DNA of 64,000 nt from Glaucostegus cemiculus (taxonomy: Eukaryota): assembly GCA_976551045.1 (NCBI GenBank), contig CDPCPM010000011.1, positions 2,418,001-2,482,000 of the forward strand, read 5' to 3'. The notes under the pieces are model-generated. The model was given only the letters and a program-made list of their open reading frames with translations. It was not told where the DNA came from and searched no databases. Made by a program: the position numbers and the translations under genes. The first letter of the stretch is position 1, and each line of letters opens with the position of its first letter. This document shows positions 25,301 through 40,172 of the stretch, piece by piece.

Positions 25301-28300
25301 CCCATTCAGGGAGATGGCGATGCAAAAAAAAGGCACCCTGTCATAGCAGAGAATGTGTCTCTGATTGTGGAGTTCAGCCACATTGATGGGCAGCATTGCA
25401 GGAATGTCCCTTGCATCTGTTTGTGTTACTATTGACTGGAAGAGCCTCTGAGGGTCTCAGTGAGGAGAACTATATTCTTTAGAATTAGCACTTCTCACTT
25501 TGAAGAGGAAAAGAAAGTTATGACAAACTCCTGAAATGTTGTTACCATCCCACTTCTACTTGTCCAATCATATACTATCAAAACTAAAATTTGTAACTTA
25601 AGTACATTTTTCAATCTGTTCCACAATTTGGGAACAAGAATTATAAACTTTTCTACCCCATCTTCCAATTGTTTACAGGGCATTTTCTTTAAGGTCCAAT
25701 ATCCCTCACTATGCCTCGCAGTTGAATGGAGGTAGATCCTTCTCCTATACTTCATGTCACAAGCTCACTTCCCTCAACATTGGCCAATCTATCCAGCACA
25801 AACAGGAAAGTACACTTACACAAAGACTTCATCATTTCCTCTCTTGACTTGCTGCCTTTTGTATCTGAACAAGGGAAATCATCTGCCAACAGAACAGCCC
25901 CAGAGTGCACACTGATACTGTTACTCCCAAACTCAGGATCCCACTTCCACCTTCACCCCACTGATGTGGAAACACTACCTACAGGGGTTCTCTCTTCCCA
26001 ACCTCTGTTCAATGGTCTCCAGCCTTCCCTATTTTCCCATGTTTACCACTCTTCCTGAATTTAGCTCCTGCATCCAAACCAAACCAACATCGTTGCCTAA
26101 AAAATTTCTGCACATATGTGGGTTTAAAACGGGGAAATTCTCAATCTACAGTCGACAAAATTACCCTTGTAGGATCTGAGGCAAAATCTTGCTGCTTCCG
26201 TACAAGCACATAAAACTATTGCATTGATGAGTAACATGGTCAATACAGGGCACATGAAACAATTATTATTATATATAAAATTTTACATTTATTTTATTGA
26301 ATTATTCAAAGGAGAATCCTCAGGCTTTAATTCACAGTGCACAGAATTGAATAGTGCAGTCTAAAGCTCCCATCTGTTTTCTCATTTTCTCTCCTTATCA
26401 CGATGGCCATTCATGCTGTGGTATAGTTCTTCTGACACTGGCAACCCTCCAGTCCCTCACCCAAGAAGCCATCCTATACAATGAATATCAGCATTCACCA
26501 ATACAATGAGTGTTTGCAATCTATTTAACAGTAAGAGGCAACCAACTGAGCTCAATTCTTCCTTCCCCAACATCCACCCACAAGTGCTTTCCAAGAGGGG
26601 TCATCCGACAGTGATCATGAATGGGAACACTGGCAGATATCCCCTCTCCTAGTTTAGAGATAGTGAGGCCAACTGCATCTCCCACACCCCCACCGCCTGC
26701 TGAGAACAATTAATTCAGTGCAGACAAAAGATCAAACTGAGCCCTTCCTAATCTCTATGGCTTTGTACCATTTATCCACAAGTCATCAGAGAAGCATTAC
26801 ACATCATTTATGCTGCAACTATAAATCTATGTTCTGATTTGCTAACTAGATCCCAATAAAACTATAAGTGCAAACAGTGCAGCGTTATTTACTCCTGACT
26901 TGGTTTAGAATAAAAATGTTCATTTCCTGACGCAAGCTTAAAACCAGCTGCAAATCAAAGTAATTCAAATCACACTCATGTAAACACTCTAAATCAAATA
27001 GTCGGTCACTCTGGCCCCCAAGGAAAACCACAGCATAATAGGTCTAACAGTATTAGGTGTTTTATGTCAATGAATACTTTATGTGCTCTACATGTCGTGT
27101 GATATGTGGTAGATGTTTATGCAATCAGTTGCCTGGGTTCCAACAAGGTTACAGAACAGTTACTGACACAAAGATCCCAGCAGAATCTCCAGCACCACTC
27201 CCAGAACAGACACCAAATGCAGTTGCAATGCAATGGCCAATTTATTGAACAGTAAAATGACCAACTCAACTCCAATGCAGATCCCAAAATTACAATGCAG
27301 ATCAGCCCTCAACATGCATTGCAAAAACAGTTCTCAACATTCACCTCAATTCAACTCAAACACTCCATTTGCAGCTCAAAACACACTCAGGACAAATTGA
27401 AATGCTCTTCAGGTTCTGACAAACATTCTAATTTGTGAAAACCAAGTTAAAAGCAGTCAATACAACCAGGTCACTAATGTTTATTTTAATAATGTTTCAG
27501 AAAGAGAACGGTTCTGTTGCCCCTGTATCTTTCATATTTATAATATTCAGAGCATCTATGCAGGAAAGATCTGATTTATTTTCATATATTTCCCTAAGTA
27601 ACCAAATGTGCTTTGTGAGCTCATCAGTTAATAAATAGATACATCCTCAATGTGGTAAAGGGAGCAAAAAAACCCACACTTTTTTTTTTGTAATTTAATA
27701 ATTAATTCCAAGATGACTACAAGGAAACAGTGACAGTGATGATAAAAAACAAGTGCAAAATCTTTCTATTTGTGAAAAGTTTATTTAAATACAGTAAAAA
27801 GTATAGCACCTTCCACATCCCTTGCACGCCCAAATGTGCCCTGCTCTCTATTAATCACTATTAATGTACAGTCACAGGTGTTCAGTTGGCAAATAATGAA
27901 AGCAGCATTTCCATGGAAATGTCACTGTAAATAGAGTGTATTCAAAATATTGGATCCCCAATATGCGATCATTGCTCAAAAATATTATCTTCCTCTCTGC
28001 AGACCTCCTCACGACCTGGCACCATGTTCTAATACACATTCCCTTCCTGTCATATGGTATGAAGAAATTTGGAGGATATATAGGCAATAGTTAACTTTTT
28101 GAACTGAAAACGTAAAATACAATGACAAATGCCCACGAAGTAAAAAATGGGAATCAATAAAAAATAAGAGTCACGCCATACTTGATTTTGAAAAGTCATA
28201 TTTGGAAATATTTCCAAGTTATAAACCGTTCTCAAACCTGAGGTAACTTTTCAACACCCTATTCAGTTTATCATGCACAATGTGCGTTAAAGCCTTCCAA

Positions 28301-31300
28301 GCAATACAGGAGCAGACTTTATTTTCTGAATGTTATCCGAGTTAAACGTCCAAACTAATTAAAGCAAGGCAAAAATAAACTGCGATGAGCATACTGTGTA
28401 TAGAAACAAGAAATTAAAAGGGGATTTCCAAGATATATTAATAGTTTGCATTTTTAATCAGAAGTGAGACCACTGTCGTTGTTTAAAAGCGAGAACAAAA
28501 TGGCTAAAAATCTCAGGAACTACTTTTGCCAATTGTCTCCCGTTTCCCCTCGGAGGAGCATTAGTCATAGCCAGAAGCCCACTGCTGCCTTCAACTGTTG
28601 CTATCAGTTTGAGTTGAGAATTCCTGTCTGAACTGCATGCTAACTGTGACTGTAAAATGATAAGGACCACCAAAAATCCCAGAATTATAATCTCATACGT
28701 TGAACAAACCGTTCCTTCAACATAATTGTGCTTATGTTGTAAAACAATTTTGCAATTAATTTACTAATATGGATAAGTGGATAGATTGGATTACAAATGA
28801 TTAAAGTCCACTGCCCCTTCTCGAGTACATGTCTAAACATTCTGCACTATAAAACGTGCTGACCGCTGCACGCTTTGGCCACATTTTTCCTTAATGTAAA
28901 CAAAGCTGTTACAGTCACAAAAAAAGTTTACGTTTTGTGACAAATTTTAAAACTGGGTATTTGTTTTAATCGTTTTTTAGTGTCAAACTAAACCCTCGGC
29001 CTCATGTGTGAATAGAGCTGCGAATGGAATGATCGAGATTTAAAATGGTTGTGAAAAGAAATTTCACTCGAATGTTCCCACTCAGTCCGGTCAGTTTTAA
29101 AATGCAAATTGAAAGTATGTGTTTTCTTTTATATAAAAAATAATGCTGCGATTAAGTTGCATCGGAAGAAACCAATATAAAACTGTGCTCATTAAAGCCC
29201 CCTTTAAATGAGATATATAGGGGTAGAGGGAGGTTGTTGTAAATGAGAGAGAAAATAAAACAGCCGATGCTTTTCTAAACAGACTGAGTGAATAAGATCA
29301 GCGGGAGCTGCAGAGTAAATAAATAGTAAGATTAGAGAAGGCGGGGATCTCAATTCAAACCCAGCACAATACAGCAGCTCGAAAGCTTTAGCAGCCGCCG
29401 AGTCCTCACTTTTTTATAAAAAACAGAATTTTCCAAAGAAAATTCAAATTAGCACTTCGGTACATCGGCTCTCTCGGCGGGATACAGCAGAAAGGCGTCT
29501 AACAGCTTTAACACGCTCGGGATTTACCTAAAAGCAGTAAAGATTTTAACAGGGAGGAGAATCCATTTCGGGTTTAACCAATGAGGTTTTTTTTTAAATA
29601 CATATTATAATATATATTACTTCTTTTAACTCAGAACCGGATCGCGGCATCTGAGGAGGATTGCTTCTTGTTTAACAAAAAGTCCAATTATGTAACGCTT
29701 GAAAGTTAATTTCATTGGTGTTTGATTTGGTAATCCGAGAGAGAAATACAGAATAACAGGCTACCTACCTACTAACCATCACCCCGATTACGAATCTGTG
29801 AGCTCACTGAACTAGCAATTGAATCCCTTGAGGTTACGCATCCTCCGCTGTCTAATTTCAGACCGTACCTTTCATTTAGAAGTGATATCTGCTTTATGAT
29901 ATACTCCATCATATATTTTTGGCCTCAAGAGTGCACGCTACATTGAAAAGCTTCAAAATCCTGGTTTAGGGACATGGAGAGTTTGCAAGATTTTATGCCT
30001 CAACTGAGCCTCAGTCCGTTCTTCCAAAGGAAGTAAAGTAATTGTAAATGAAAGGCATCATTAAGGGATAAATGCTGAATGTTTCAATAACATAAAGAGA
30101 GGGCCAGTTGTAATGCACTTTCGGAATCTCTCTTCTAATCCTTGAGTTGGATTCAAGAGCCCAGAAGAATTAGGAATGGCGGGCGTCGGTTTTAATGTGT
30201 TTAGTTTTAGCCAACGAGGTAAAGTCGTCTAAAATAAAATCTACTTTACCTTAAAGTCCGGCCCCAGTTGGATGTTGCCACTGCAATGAAACCTCATCTG
30301 AGAGGCACACACACTGACCGTCCCGTCAGGGCGAGGTGCTTTCAGAATGTGTTCTGTAAATGAAGCTAAATTTGCTTTCAGTCAGACAATCTCCGTTGTT
30401 CAAGAAAGATGTCGTCAAAGATGAAACATCGTGTTTTTGCGGTTGTTCAGTTGTTCTGTGAGATATTTCTTGACATTTGTGCAGACTCTGCTAACTACCG
30501 CCTAGTTGTAGTCGCTTGAACAGCATCAAGCATTTTAGAGCAAAATTAAATCTTCTCCAGGAAATGCCTCGTTGTCCATAATAAGTGAAATGCAGCAAAC
30601 AGGCACGAAGTAAATTAAGGCTTCAATGGCGGGATTTTAATTTGTTTTTAAAAAAAAAATGAACAAAATTACTTCACTTACTAGCTGTTTCTTTTGTATT
30701 CTGTCGCTTCTAATTCCAAAACTTCACAAATTGCTGGGTTTATTTACGTTTGTACAACTGCTACAAAAACACTAGCCTTTTTAATATGCCACATTAAGAC
30801 CAGAAACGGTTACATTACGGAACGCAGTCATTCACAAACGAAGTTTCCAAGCTGGCCCACACCAGACGTTCCCAACATTGACTAGCACCTTCTGAGTGTA
30901 TTTTTTTATTCTTCAATGTGACATTTTGCTAAGAAAGTGTCAAAGTACCAAACACAATCCAAAGAAATCCCGAAACCGATTTCACTTGAAGGACTTGGAA
31001 GATGTGAGGGATGTTCAGGGTTTAGTAAAACCCCTCGATAAGTCAGCGGCAAAGGAGGCGGGAGGAGGAGACACACCTATGGCAGAGAAGCGATCGTGTC
31101 CAATCGCCCAGCTACCGACCAAGGTTACACGGTGTAGAAAAGGAATGAAGACAAGAGAGTCTAAACTCCTGAAACCATCTAGCAGCCTCGTCCAACACTG
31201 GTTCATGCGCATGTACCATGTTTTCCAATTTGTAATATCAATATTTGCTTCATATTAAATATACTCAAAATTTAGACCCGTCTGATCAATGGATCCCGAC

Positions 31301-34300
31301 TTTCAAGTCTAGTATTAATTGGCTTTATTATGTTTCTAAGTAAATAATGTTGCGTGGATACGTTATCTCCTGTATGAGATTTGCCTGTCTGTATACATAC
31401 CTGCAGCCATTGTTTCTGCTCGGTTTAAATGAAACGTTCGCCATATGTACATATCTCTCTGATAGTACAACATGTACTCTAACATCTGCATCTCTCCATT
31501 ATCTGTTTCATCTGATAAAAAGTAATAAATCAACTCGTCTATCGACTTGTCTGACTAATAAATCTATTTGACTAATAAAACTATCTAAATATTGATCTAC
31601 GTTTCTATTGACAGGCAATTTCACAAATAAAATAGGAAACCTTTACAAGCGGACGGTATTGTAGGCCAATGAGAAACAAAAATAAAGAGTGCGGTGAAGG
31701 GGGAAGAAAAACTAGAAATGATTCAGCCAGACTAAAGATACAAGAAACCAGAAAACCGTGCCGTGAAAAATGAAACTCTTCATATGGACGTGGACACACG
31801 CTGACGGAGAGATTAGTACAAAGTAAAGTACAGAAATCGGCAAAGGCAAAAATCAAAAATAGCATCAGGATAAAACTGACGTGAATTCCTTTTGTGTGTG
31901 TTTGTCAAAGAAAGAGAGAGAGAGAGAGATCTAAACCCCGTGGCTTCGGAAGTGCGCTGGATTTGAAGGTTTAGTTTTATTCTTCAGCAATATCATTTTA
32001 AGTATTTAAATAATAGGATAAATATGCAGAATCATAGAATTGGACGAAAGAAGACTGGTGTGACGGCAGGTCTTTTCATTCATTCCATTTTGGAAAGTAA
32101 TGCATATGGACTGGTATCAGCATATTCACACATTACACTGCCAGCCCCTGAACACAGCATTACTATTCCTGCTCACAAATATCTGCAAAAGCCGGGCAAA
32201 AAATGGCAAACATCCCAAGATCATTTTTTAGGTGCTGAAAGTCTATCAGACTTTTTACTTTTTATGCATCAGAGGCGCATTCGAAACCGGAATTGACCCA
32301 AAAACAGGTAGCTGCGAGTAATACAAATAATTTGTCGCCAGAATGTTCAATCCTGGCACAACTTTCTGTTCCATAGACTTCCATTCTACCTGCCGCCTGA
32401 CTGGCTGGGATAGGGCCGTGGTCGCATTCCTGGATAAATTGCAATTAATAATGTCAAATAAACTATCAAATGGGAAATGACCCTACAGAAAAGGCTGAAT
32501 CCAGTTTACGGAGCACACGGACAAGGTTTTCTTAAAAATATTACTCCGCGTTGCGTTTCACTGTGTTGTAGTAAAGCAAAGCTGTTCAAAGTAGTACGGT
32601 GGTATTAAGTCATGTTGGAATTTGCAAACAAACAACAGAAAATAGGGATTCTGTATATGCGTGCTTATATAATTCAAATGAACTGGTCAAATTTGATGTT
32701 GCATTTGGTTAAAGTATTTACTCTGAATGGCTTCATTTTATGTAATTTGATTACTGTCTATCAATACAAAGATCAATTGCTAGTTAAAAGCCTAAACAAA
32801 AGGATATTTAAAAACTCATATCTTTAAAAAAAAAATCCCTTCTGAAATGTACGTGATGTACAATGACAAAAAAAGACAGGATATTCTGGTTTAATCAATG
32901 GGGAGCGTTGGGTCACTTTTGTAAAAATGGAGATTGCGCCTGTTTAGATTGGTTTATATTGCAGTCAGATTAATGAAACGTTTTGACTTGGTGCCAAGTG
33001 CATCAAGCGAAACGTTAGAACACCCGTATTACTGGACTCCGACTATTCAGAATCCGTGTCGTTATTCTCAAAGACAGTCATGATTTCAGTATTCCTCACA
33101 ACCTTGTCATCTTGCTGGTCAAATCCCCAATGGAAGTCTTGATTCGCATTTGGAATTCTAATCCACAGATCCGGCCATTTCCAAACACAATTTTACCGCC
33201 ACGTTTATAACTCGCATCAGCCGGTATTAAACATTCTCTAACTAACAGGGATTTATCAATCCAAATGCTCAGAGACAGAAACCTTTCATATGACTACTGC
33301 AATATCTACTCGGCATTCGCCTCTAAGCAAAAAGTAGCACGGGATCAAAAAATGGCTTGTTTTAATGTAGATTTTTTATCTCCAAATTCCCACACGCTTT
33401 CACAGGAACCCTGCAACCTACCCGAAGCCTGGCAGTGGAGCCGATGTCCGGGGTGGTGTGGGTCACCTCAATGATAGCAATTTAACTATTTCCCTATGTA
33501 ACACACGAAGAATCCCATCACATCTTTTACACTGCTAAACCCCACCAAATGTTGTATTTATTCCTCAACTTGTCAGTGCACGCAAAAGTAAGCGGTGATT
33601 GAACAGCCTGTTGTTTCTGGGGGTGTGGGGGGGGGGGAGTTCAGCGACTATTCTCGGCGGTGACTGAAGTGATTTTTTTTCAGCAGAAATGCTAGCAAGT
33701 CCAACCGAAGCCCCGCCATCGCCAGCACCCCGAGCAAGGCGCTTGTGCAAGTGTTTTTTTTCCTTTTTTTTAAAGATGAAACTTGATCCAAACTATATAC
33801 TTAGAAACCATCGCTGGGAAAAAAAATCAGAAACACCGACATTCAAAACATCTGCTCTGACAAAACCAAGAACTGACAACCTCTATTATGTTACTGCTGT
33901 TACTACCGAGGAATGCCGTGAAGCAACATTTGTGAACGACCACGATAGCTTAAATGTGAATTTTACGGAAGAGAAGTGACTTGGAATGGTACAGTACAAT
34001 CCTGTTCTTTGGGTCGTGTGCAATTCCACAGCAGTGCACTAAATAAAACCATCTATATTACAGATATAAAGTGTATAATTAGTGCTCCATTCCAAGGACA
34101 CGACGAGCAGTTGCACACCAAACCAAACTCGGCATTCTGTCTTCTCTTTCCTCTTTGTGGACCAGACGGTAGAACACTCTTTTTGCTCTATCGCCTGTGT
34201 AGTATTTGTTTAACAGAATACCAGAAACACTTGACCAAGTTTCTGAATGCCGAGTGAACCCATTTTCACCCTCACACTTCGCAAACCATTTTAGAAACCG

Positions 34301-34874
34301 GATTTTCGAGCATTACACCACACCACTACACACCCGCAGACAGACATGTTACCACTTAAGCTGAATGCTAAACGTGACAGCGATCTCTCTCTGTTTGAAC
34401 AGCTCCATTCAATATCGTTTTGCACTATTACATTTCTGCAGAATACGCAGAACATAAGGGTTTGAATCTTCCTATTATTGCATTACAATTTATCAATATA
34501 CAGATCTCCGCGAACAGCCTCTTTATTCAAGGTGACTATAGCCTCTGTATTAGATAACAGCATTTGGATATGCGATGCCCATCCTTAGTAAGACTTTTCT
34601 ACAGAATATGATACGCTTATCAGAATACTTTAGTATGAACTTCCACGGATCAAACTAAGCTTTATCTGAGAAACATTTAGCTGTTAATAAAATAAAGCGA
34701 TTGCTAAACATTGCTACTGGTAACAGCTCTTCAACAAAAGCCTGCACGAATCTATATGCTTTCGGTTTAAAAAAAAATCAGAGCTATTTTCAAAACAACA
34801 AAAAAAATTCCAATCTGGCGGTCTAGACTTGCAGACAAAGATATTTACACACGAGTTCCTGTTGAGATCCACTA

Positions 34875-35197
<323 letters not shown>

Positions 35198-36973
35198 CTG
35201 CAACAGAGGGAGAATCAGCCATCAATCGTACATCTATACTGGGCTTCAAACCCGGGCAAGAGAAACTTTGCAGGCTCCGTCCTGCCTTCCCTGCAGCCGC
35301 CATACTGCACCAAGTACAATAACATCAAATGAAAACTCACACCCTTCCTGATAATTCAAAACCACTCGGTTTCCAACTCCCTTGTAATAATAGCCAAACT
35401 GAGAGAATAGAAAATTTAGGTTAACCTTTCTCCAACCAAATTATCTTAACAGCAGAGGTAGAATTGCCCGGGAATATTTATTAAAAAATGTGTAAAATAT
35501 ATATGTAATTATATTTTAATTCATTCTCTTTCATCAATCACGTCGATTTACCTCAACATTTGGTAGTCTCGAGAATAAAAGAAAATTAAACCAAATATCT
35601 GCACTTACAGAGCCTGCATTCAGCGCACGGCTCCCGGGGACATAAATTACTCATGACAACTCAGAGGATTAAACAATGAAATGTTTATTAAAGGCGGCCC
35701 CTGTTTCTAAGACGAATTGGTTTACGGGACAGAATTTGTACCGTATTTTTCTTTAATATTTTGTTCAGTTATTTTTGCAGATTATATGTATACACCCGCT
35801 TTCAGGCAATGGCGCACAGACACTGTGAAGAAGGCAATTTACCTTAAGATACTATCGTTCACTTAGATGCTTCGAATTTGCGTTTTCACTTCTCCTCTCA
35901 TTTTGCAATGCATTCCTACTCCTACCTTCTTTCATTCTGTATTTTCACATGACATTAATGCCGGGGTGATGTTTCCAATGCAACAACGCGCTAAAATTAC
36001 AGAACGGTGTGAAATAATTTAAATGCTAGACAATTTAACATTAAAGAATCGAATTGGAAGATTCCCCCCTCATCAACCAATAGTTATCTCAAAAATTCCG
36101 ATTTTATGTGCAAAAGCGCCATGTGTGAAATACAAACATTATGCGTTCTACAGCTAAAAATAATGCATGCTACTCAATAAATTCCAATGTAAAATATGAG
36201 CCGCAAAGATGTGGCAAAAATCAACCGACCACAATCTATATTTTAACGATAGCTAGAATCGGGCCGTATAAAATGCTCGTTTTTGTCATATGGGGAGTCG
36301 GGTTGTCAATTTACATTATAATATGATTACCATTTGCTTCAGTGTGCTTCTTAATCTCCAACAAGCACTGCTGTGCTTTAAAATTAAAATCCTGGCGTTA
36401 TCTGCTCGCCGACAAAACGGCGGTGAAAGTTATCACTCATTTTTACTGCTTTTGTACGTTGAGTATTTTTTTAAATGAGATCGTCTCTCAAAATGCCGAA
36501 CAGGAATGAGACATTCCGTATCATTCCAGTGCGATAAGAAAGCTGCTGGAGCTCAGACCGCTCCCTCTGCTCAATGTCTTCTTGATAATATCAAAGGCAA
36601 CGCGGCGGTTCCAGAGGCTTTCCGCACTAATTCAGTTTTTTTAAAAAAAATTGGGACGCATTTGAAAAGGTGTTTTGGGGAGGTGAATTGGACCTGCTCA
36701 GCGCGAACTGTTCTCTCGAGTCAAGCCGGAGCAGAGAGCGCCTAGAGCGGATGTACAGCCACAGCCGCCCGCTTGGAGCTTCTGTTTCCGTTTTATGCAC
36801 GGACAAAAATGGGATTTCACAAACAAAAATCGAGAACGGTTTGTTGATTACATTGCTTTAATAACAAACACAGACTGATAAACATTAGGTTACAGTTAAA
36901 ATAACAAATATTTCAATTCTTATGTTTGTATTTTGACTTTTATTGTATATATGTAGCAAAAACGTGTACTTAC

Positions 36974-37128
36974 TGGAATTCCGAGTATACATTGCCTTAT
37001 AGTGAAAAAAGCAAAAAGAAAATAATTTTTAATTATCTGGACGCTATGTGACATGCTACACTTCTGAAAAGGTTGCAGTGAGCACGAGCACTAAAAGATT
37101 TCTTACTTCAACAACTTGTCTGTACAAT
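36974..37128 (-). other. Candidate non-coding first exon of BAHCC1
   Basis: Consensus minus-strand donor CCA|GTAAGT at 36973. Initiator-like CCTCATTGT at ~37128, about 60 and 115 bp downstream of two CCAAT boxes. The start is inferred. Confidence 0.45.
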
Positions 37129-37154
37129 GAGGCACGCACTGCTAGCAATCCTGG

Positions 37155-37360
37155 GCTCTTGTCAATCAACCTGTGTAAACAAGACTTCCATTGGCTGGCG
37201 CCTTGCCAGTTTTCTGTCAATCAACCAGTGTAAACAAGCCTCTGATTGGCTCGCGGCCAGTCCGCACCGGGCTGCATGAAAAGCAATTAGGGCGCGGCGA
37301 CGGTTTCGGGGCGCCCCTGGCTGAGAGTTGCCAGGAGAGAGCTATAAAGGGAAGTGACGG
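37155..37360. promoter_or_regulatory. Probable bidirectional promoter: 2x (PBX/PREP decamer + FOX site + CCAAT), plus-strand TATA box and ETS motif
   Basis: TTGTCAATCA 37159 and CTGTCAATCA 37214; TGTAAACA 37174 and 37229; ATTGG 37190 and 37245 (the second is CTGATTGGCT, a full NF-Y consensus); GC/CpG-rich core; TATAAAG 37343; GGAAGTG 37350. Confidence 0.65.
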
Positions 37361-37369
37361 TTTCGCGGC

Positions 37370-40172
37370 GGCCTCCGAAGAGACCCAAATGGCCCTTGAG
37401 CAGAAAAGGGGAAGAGTGAAAGAGTGGAGATGTAGTGCAGGAGGAAGGTGATGTTTGCAGAGAAATTCTCACTGAGAAAGCAAGTGCATGCAAACATGTG
37501 GAAACCCAAGCAAAAAGAGTTTCAGAACAGTGAGGAAGAGGGATAAGCAACGAGGAAGAAAAGGACAGAATGTGAAGGAACCGTGGGAGACAAAAAGAGG
37601 TGCCTGAAAGGAAACAGTAAAAGCGAGGCAGCAGACCTTTCCAACACCAGGAGGGAGGCACAAAGATTACTCCGACAGAACGAAGTGCACCGAGGAGCAA
37701 CAAATGGAGAGACTTTTTTTTAAGTACTTTAAGGTGCATAACGGCGAACGCGAGGAAGATACAAATGATTTAACGGGCATAAAAAATATAAGATCAAAGG
37801 AAGGAAAAACGTGAGATCTGAAGAAGTTGGAACTACCAACTGTGCACGAAAGGGTGAAGAAATTCAATACAAGACGCCTGGCGCGAAGAGGAAGTTTGGA
37901 AGGCAATGTGCTTGCAGTAAACAGATGATGGTGTGTGCTTGTACCCGCGTGGACTTACTTCATTCTTCGGTGCAGAAGTTTCAAAAGAGGTAAATGACAA
38001 ATCGAGGTGGGTTTAAACAAATTTATTTCCTAATTCTGTTTTCTCTATCATCTATTCACTACTTCTGGGGCGATCCCAGCCGCCGATCATAGTTATTCGT
38101 AGATAAACATGTGCACCTGGTTCTCTCACTTGTCTTTTATCTTGTATTTCTCGTCTTTTTTGCTTCTCTCTCTTTCTCTCGCTCTCACACTCACTCGCTT
38201 GCACCAACAGTGAGTGCACAGAGGAGCCCTGTTGAAGCCTGGAGGACCAGTGGATTGGATAATTAATGCAAAATGACTGATGGCTGTTGAAGAAGGCAAG
38301 TCCTGCAAAGAGGATTGTGCGTGATCAATGAAGCATCACTGACTGACAGTTTCCTTCGATCTTACACCCAGATCCAACTACCGGAACGAGGACTTGTCAC
38401 CAGAGGCCGGAGGCTACCCTCTACATGCTTGCAATGCAACGCAAAACACACAAAAAAGGGAAGAGAAAAAGGACGCTGCTTTAAAAGCAGTTTTGCAAAA
38501 AAAAAGCAGGAGGGGGACGATAGGTAACAAAAAAGCAATATTCAATTACATCTAAGAGAATGAAAATTACTGCTTGGAAATTTCGTACCAGTATATTTCA
38601 TGAGTTTTTCAATACAAGGATTTGCAAGCGCGCCAGTTGTGAATTGGTATATAGATTAGAATAGCTATGAAGTGCAGACACAAATACCCATTAAACGTGT
38701 TAAAACCTACAGTGCCAACATCTGGTTTTCCCCTGCCGTAAACTGTCAGTTTTAGACGGCTTTCATGCATTCAGAACCGACCAACCAGTGATCTCTGGGC
38801 TTTGGGTCTGATTCTGAAGCCTGACCGTCAGAAAGCATCTAACTGCAATAAAATGGGAGTCCATTCTGAGACAATATCTCGCTGTGTAGGGAGAAGGGAA
38901 CACTTAAATAGGAAAGGCACCAGTCCGTTATTTTGCTGCATGATTTCAATATGGATTGTAAGAATCTCAGAAAGAGGGAGACTGTTACTTTAATCCACCT
39001 AGCTCTGAGTGAATGTGAGAAATCTCTCTAATAGGGTACAGCATCTGTGTTACATTATAAGCTGTTGAGGTCATTCTCGTAAATGGTAGAAGCTATTGGC
39101 ACGGTTGCTTCATTACGAGGCATTTTATTGAAGAAAAACGTAAAATTAAACGGGGCTCGAAAAATCTAAAAAGCAGTCTACAGGCAGTGGATGCCTAGTG
39201 CGTTTTTTAAATCGCCTGTTTAATTGCAATTTCAGACATTTTATATCGATCACGTACCCCAAGTGTTGCATTTTTTTAATGGGGAGGGGTCGAAGATCTA
39301 GATTTAGCTTTAATAAGTTGGAACCTACCGATCGTCATAAAGAGCACTTTAAAACATCAATTAAGAGAAAGTGTTCCAAAGGTAAACCAGATGTCTGTTC
39401 GTACTTAGTATTACAATTCTAAGTGACTGTAACGGAAAATCAAAGAAAACACATAAAAAGCTGAAATACCTCATAAGGTCAGACATTTCCTCTTTAGGCT
39501 CGAACAGCTTTTATCAAAAAAAATAAAAAAATACAATTTGTACAATGGGCTCTTTATGTACAGCGGCGCTCTCACGCTATATCATAAAGTTACTATCATG
39601 TAATCGCTTGAAGGAAACTAGCCTAAATGATTGAAAATAAAGATAGCAATCCCCATTCACGGCTGCTAGGCCTTTCTTTTGGCTTCTTTGGAAGGACTAC
39701 GTATTGAACTTTGCCGTATTTAGTTTAGAAATAAGTCTGTAAAGACGCAACAATTTACTAAAACGGTGGCGGCTTCAGGAACCAAGCCAAATCTGATCGT
39801 GTTTTTCTTTCCCAAATGAGTATGTTGAGAGGGGGAAGAAGATAGTTCGTGCAATGAGATAAAATGCACAACTGATTCAATTGCATTTTGAACATAGCTT
39901 GGTCTAGTTAATCTTCCTGTTTCAGGAGTTCACTCTCCAGCTTTGTTCTTTTAGCAGGTTTCCAAATTTAAGAATAGGGAGCACGTGGATACACAGTGGA
40001 AAAAAAATCCCAAACACGGATTGGGTGAAAGCGGTTTCTCTACCATTATCTTCCCCTGACAAGTGAATTTCTGCCGCTTGATTCTTGATAGCAAGAGTGT
40101 GAATATGGAGCTCCAACTCTGAACCTGGTTAAGGATCCGCCACGTACGCTGCGTAATCGCCCCGCTGCTTAA
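37370..40172 (+). ncRNA. Candidate divergent spliced lncRNA (exons ~37370-37989, 38211-38523, 39926-40172)
   Basis: TATA at 37343; donor GAG|GTAAAT 37990; long pyrimidine tract ending CAG at 38210; donor TAG|GTAACA 38524; acceptor TCTTCCTGTTTCAG| 39925; donor AA|GTAAGC 40173; no credible ORF. Confidence 0.35.
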
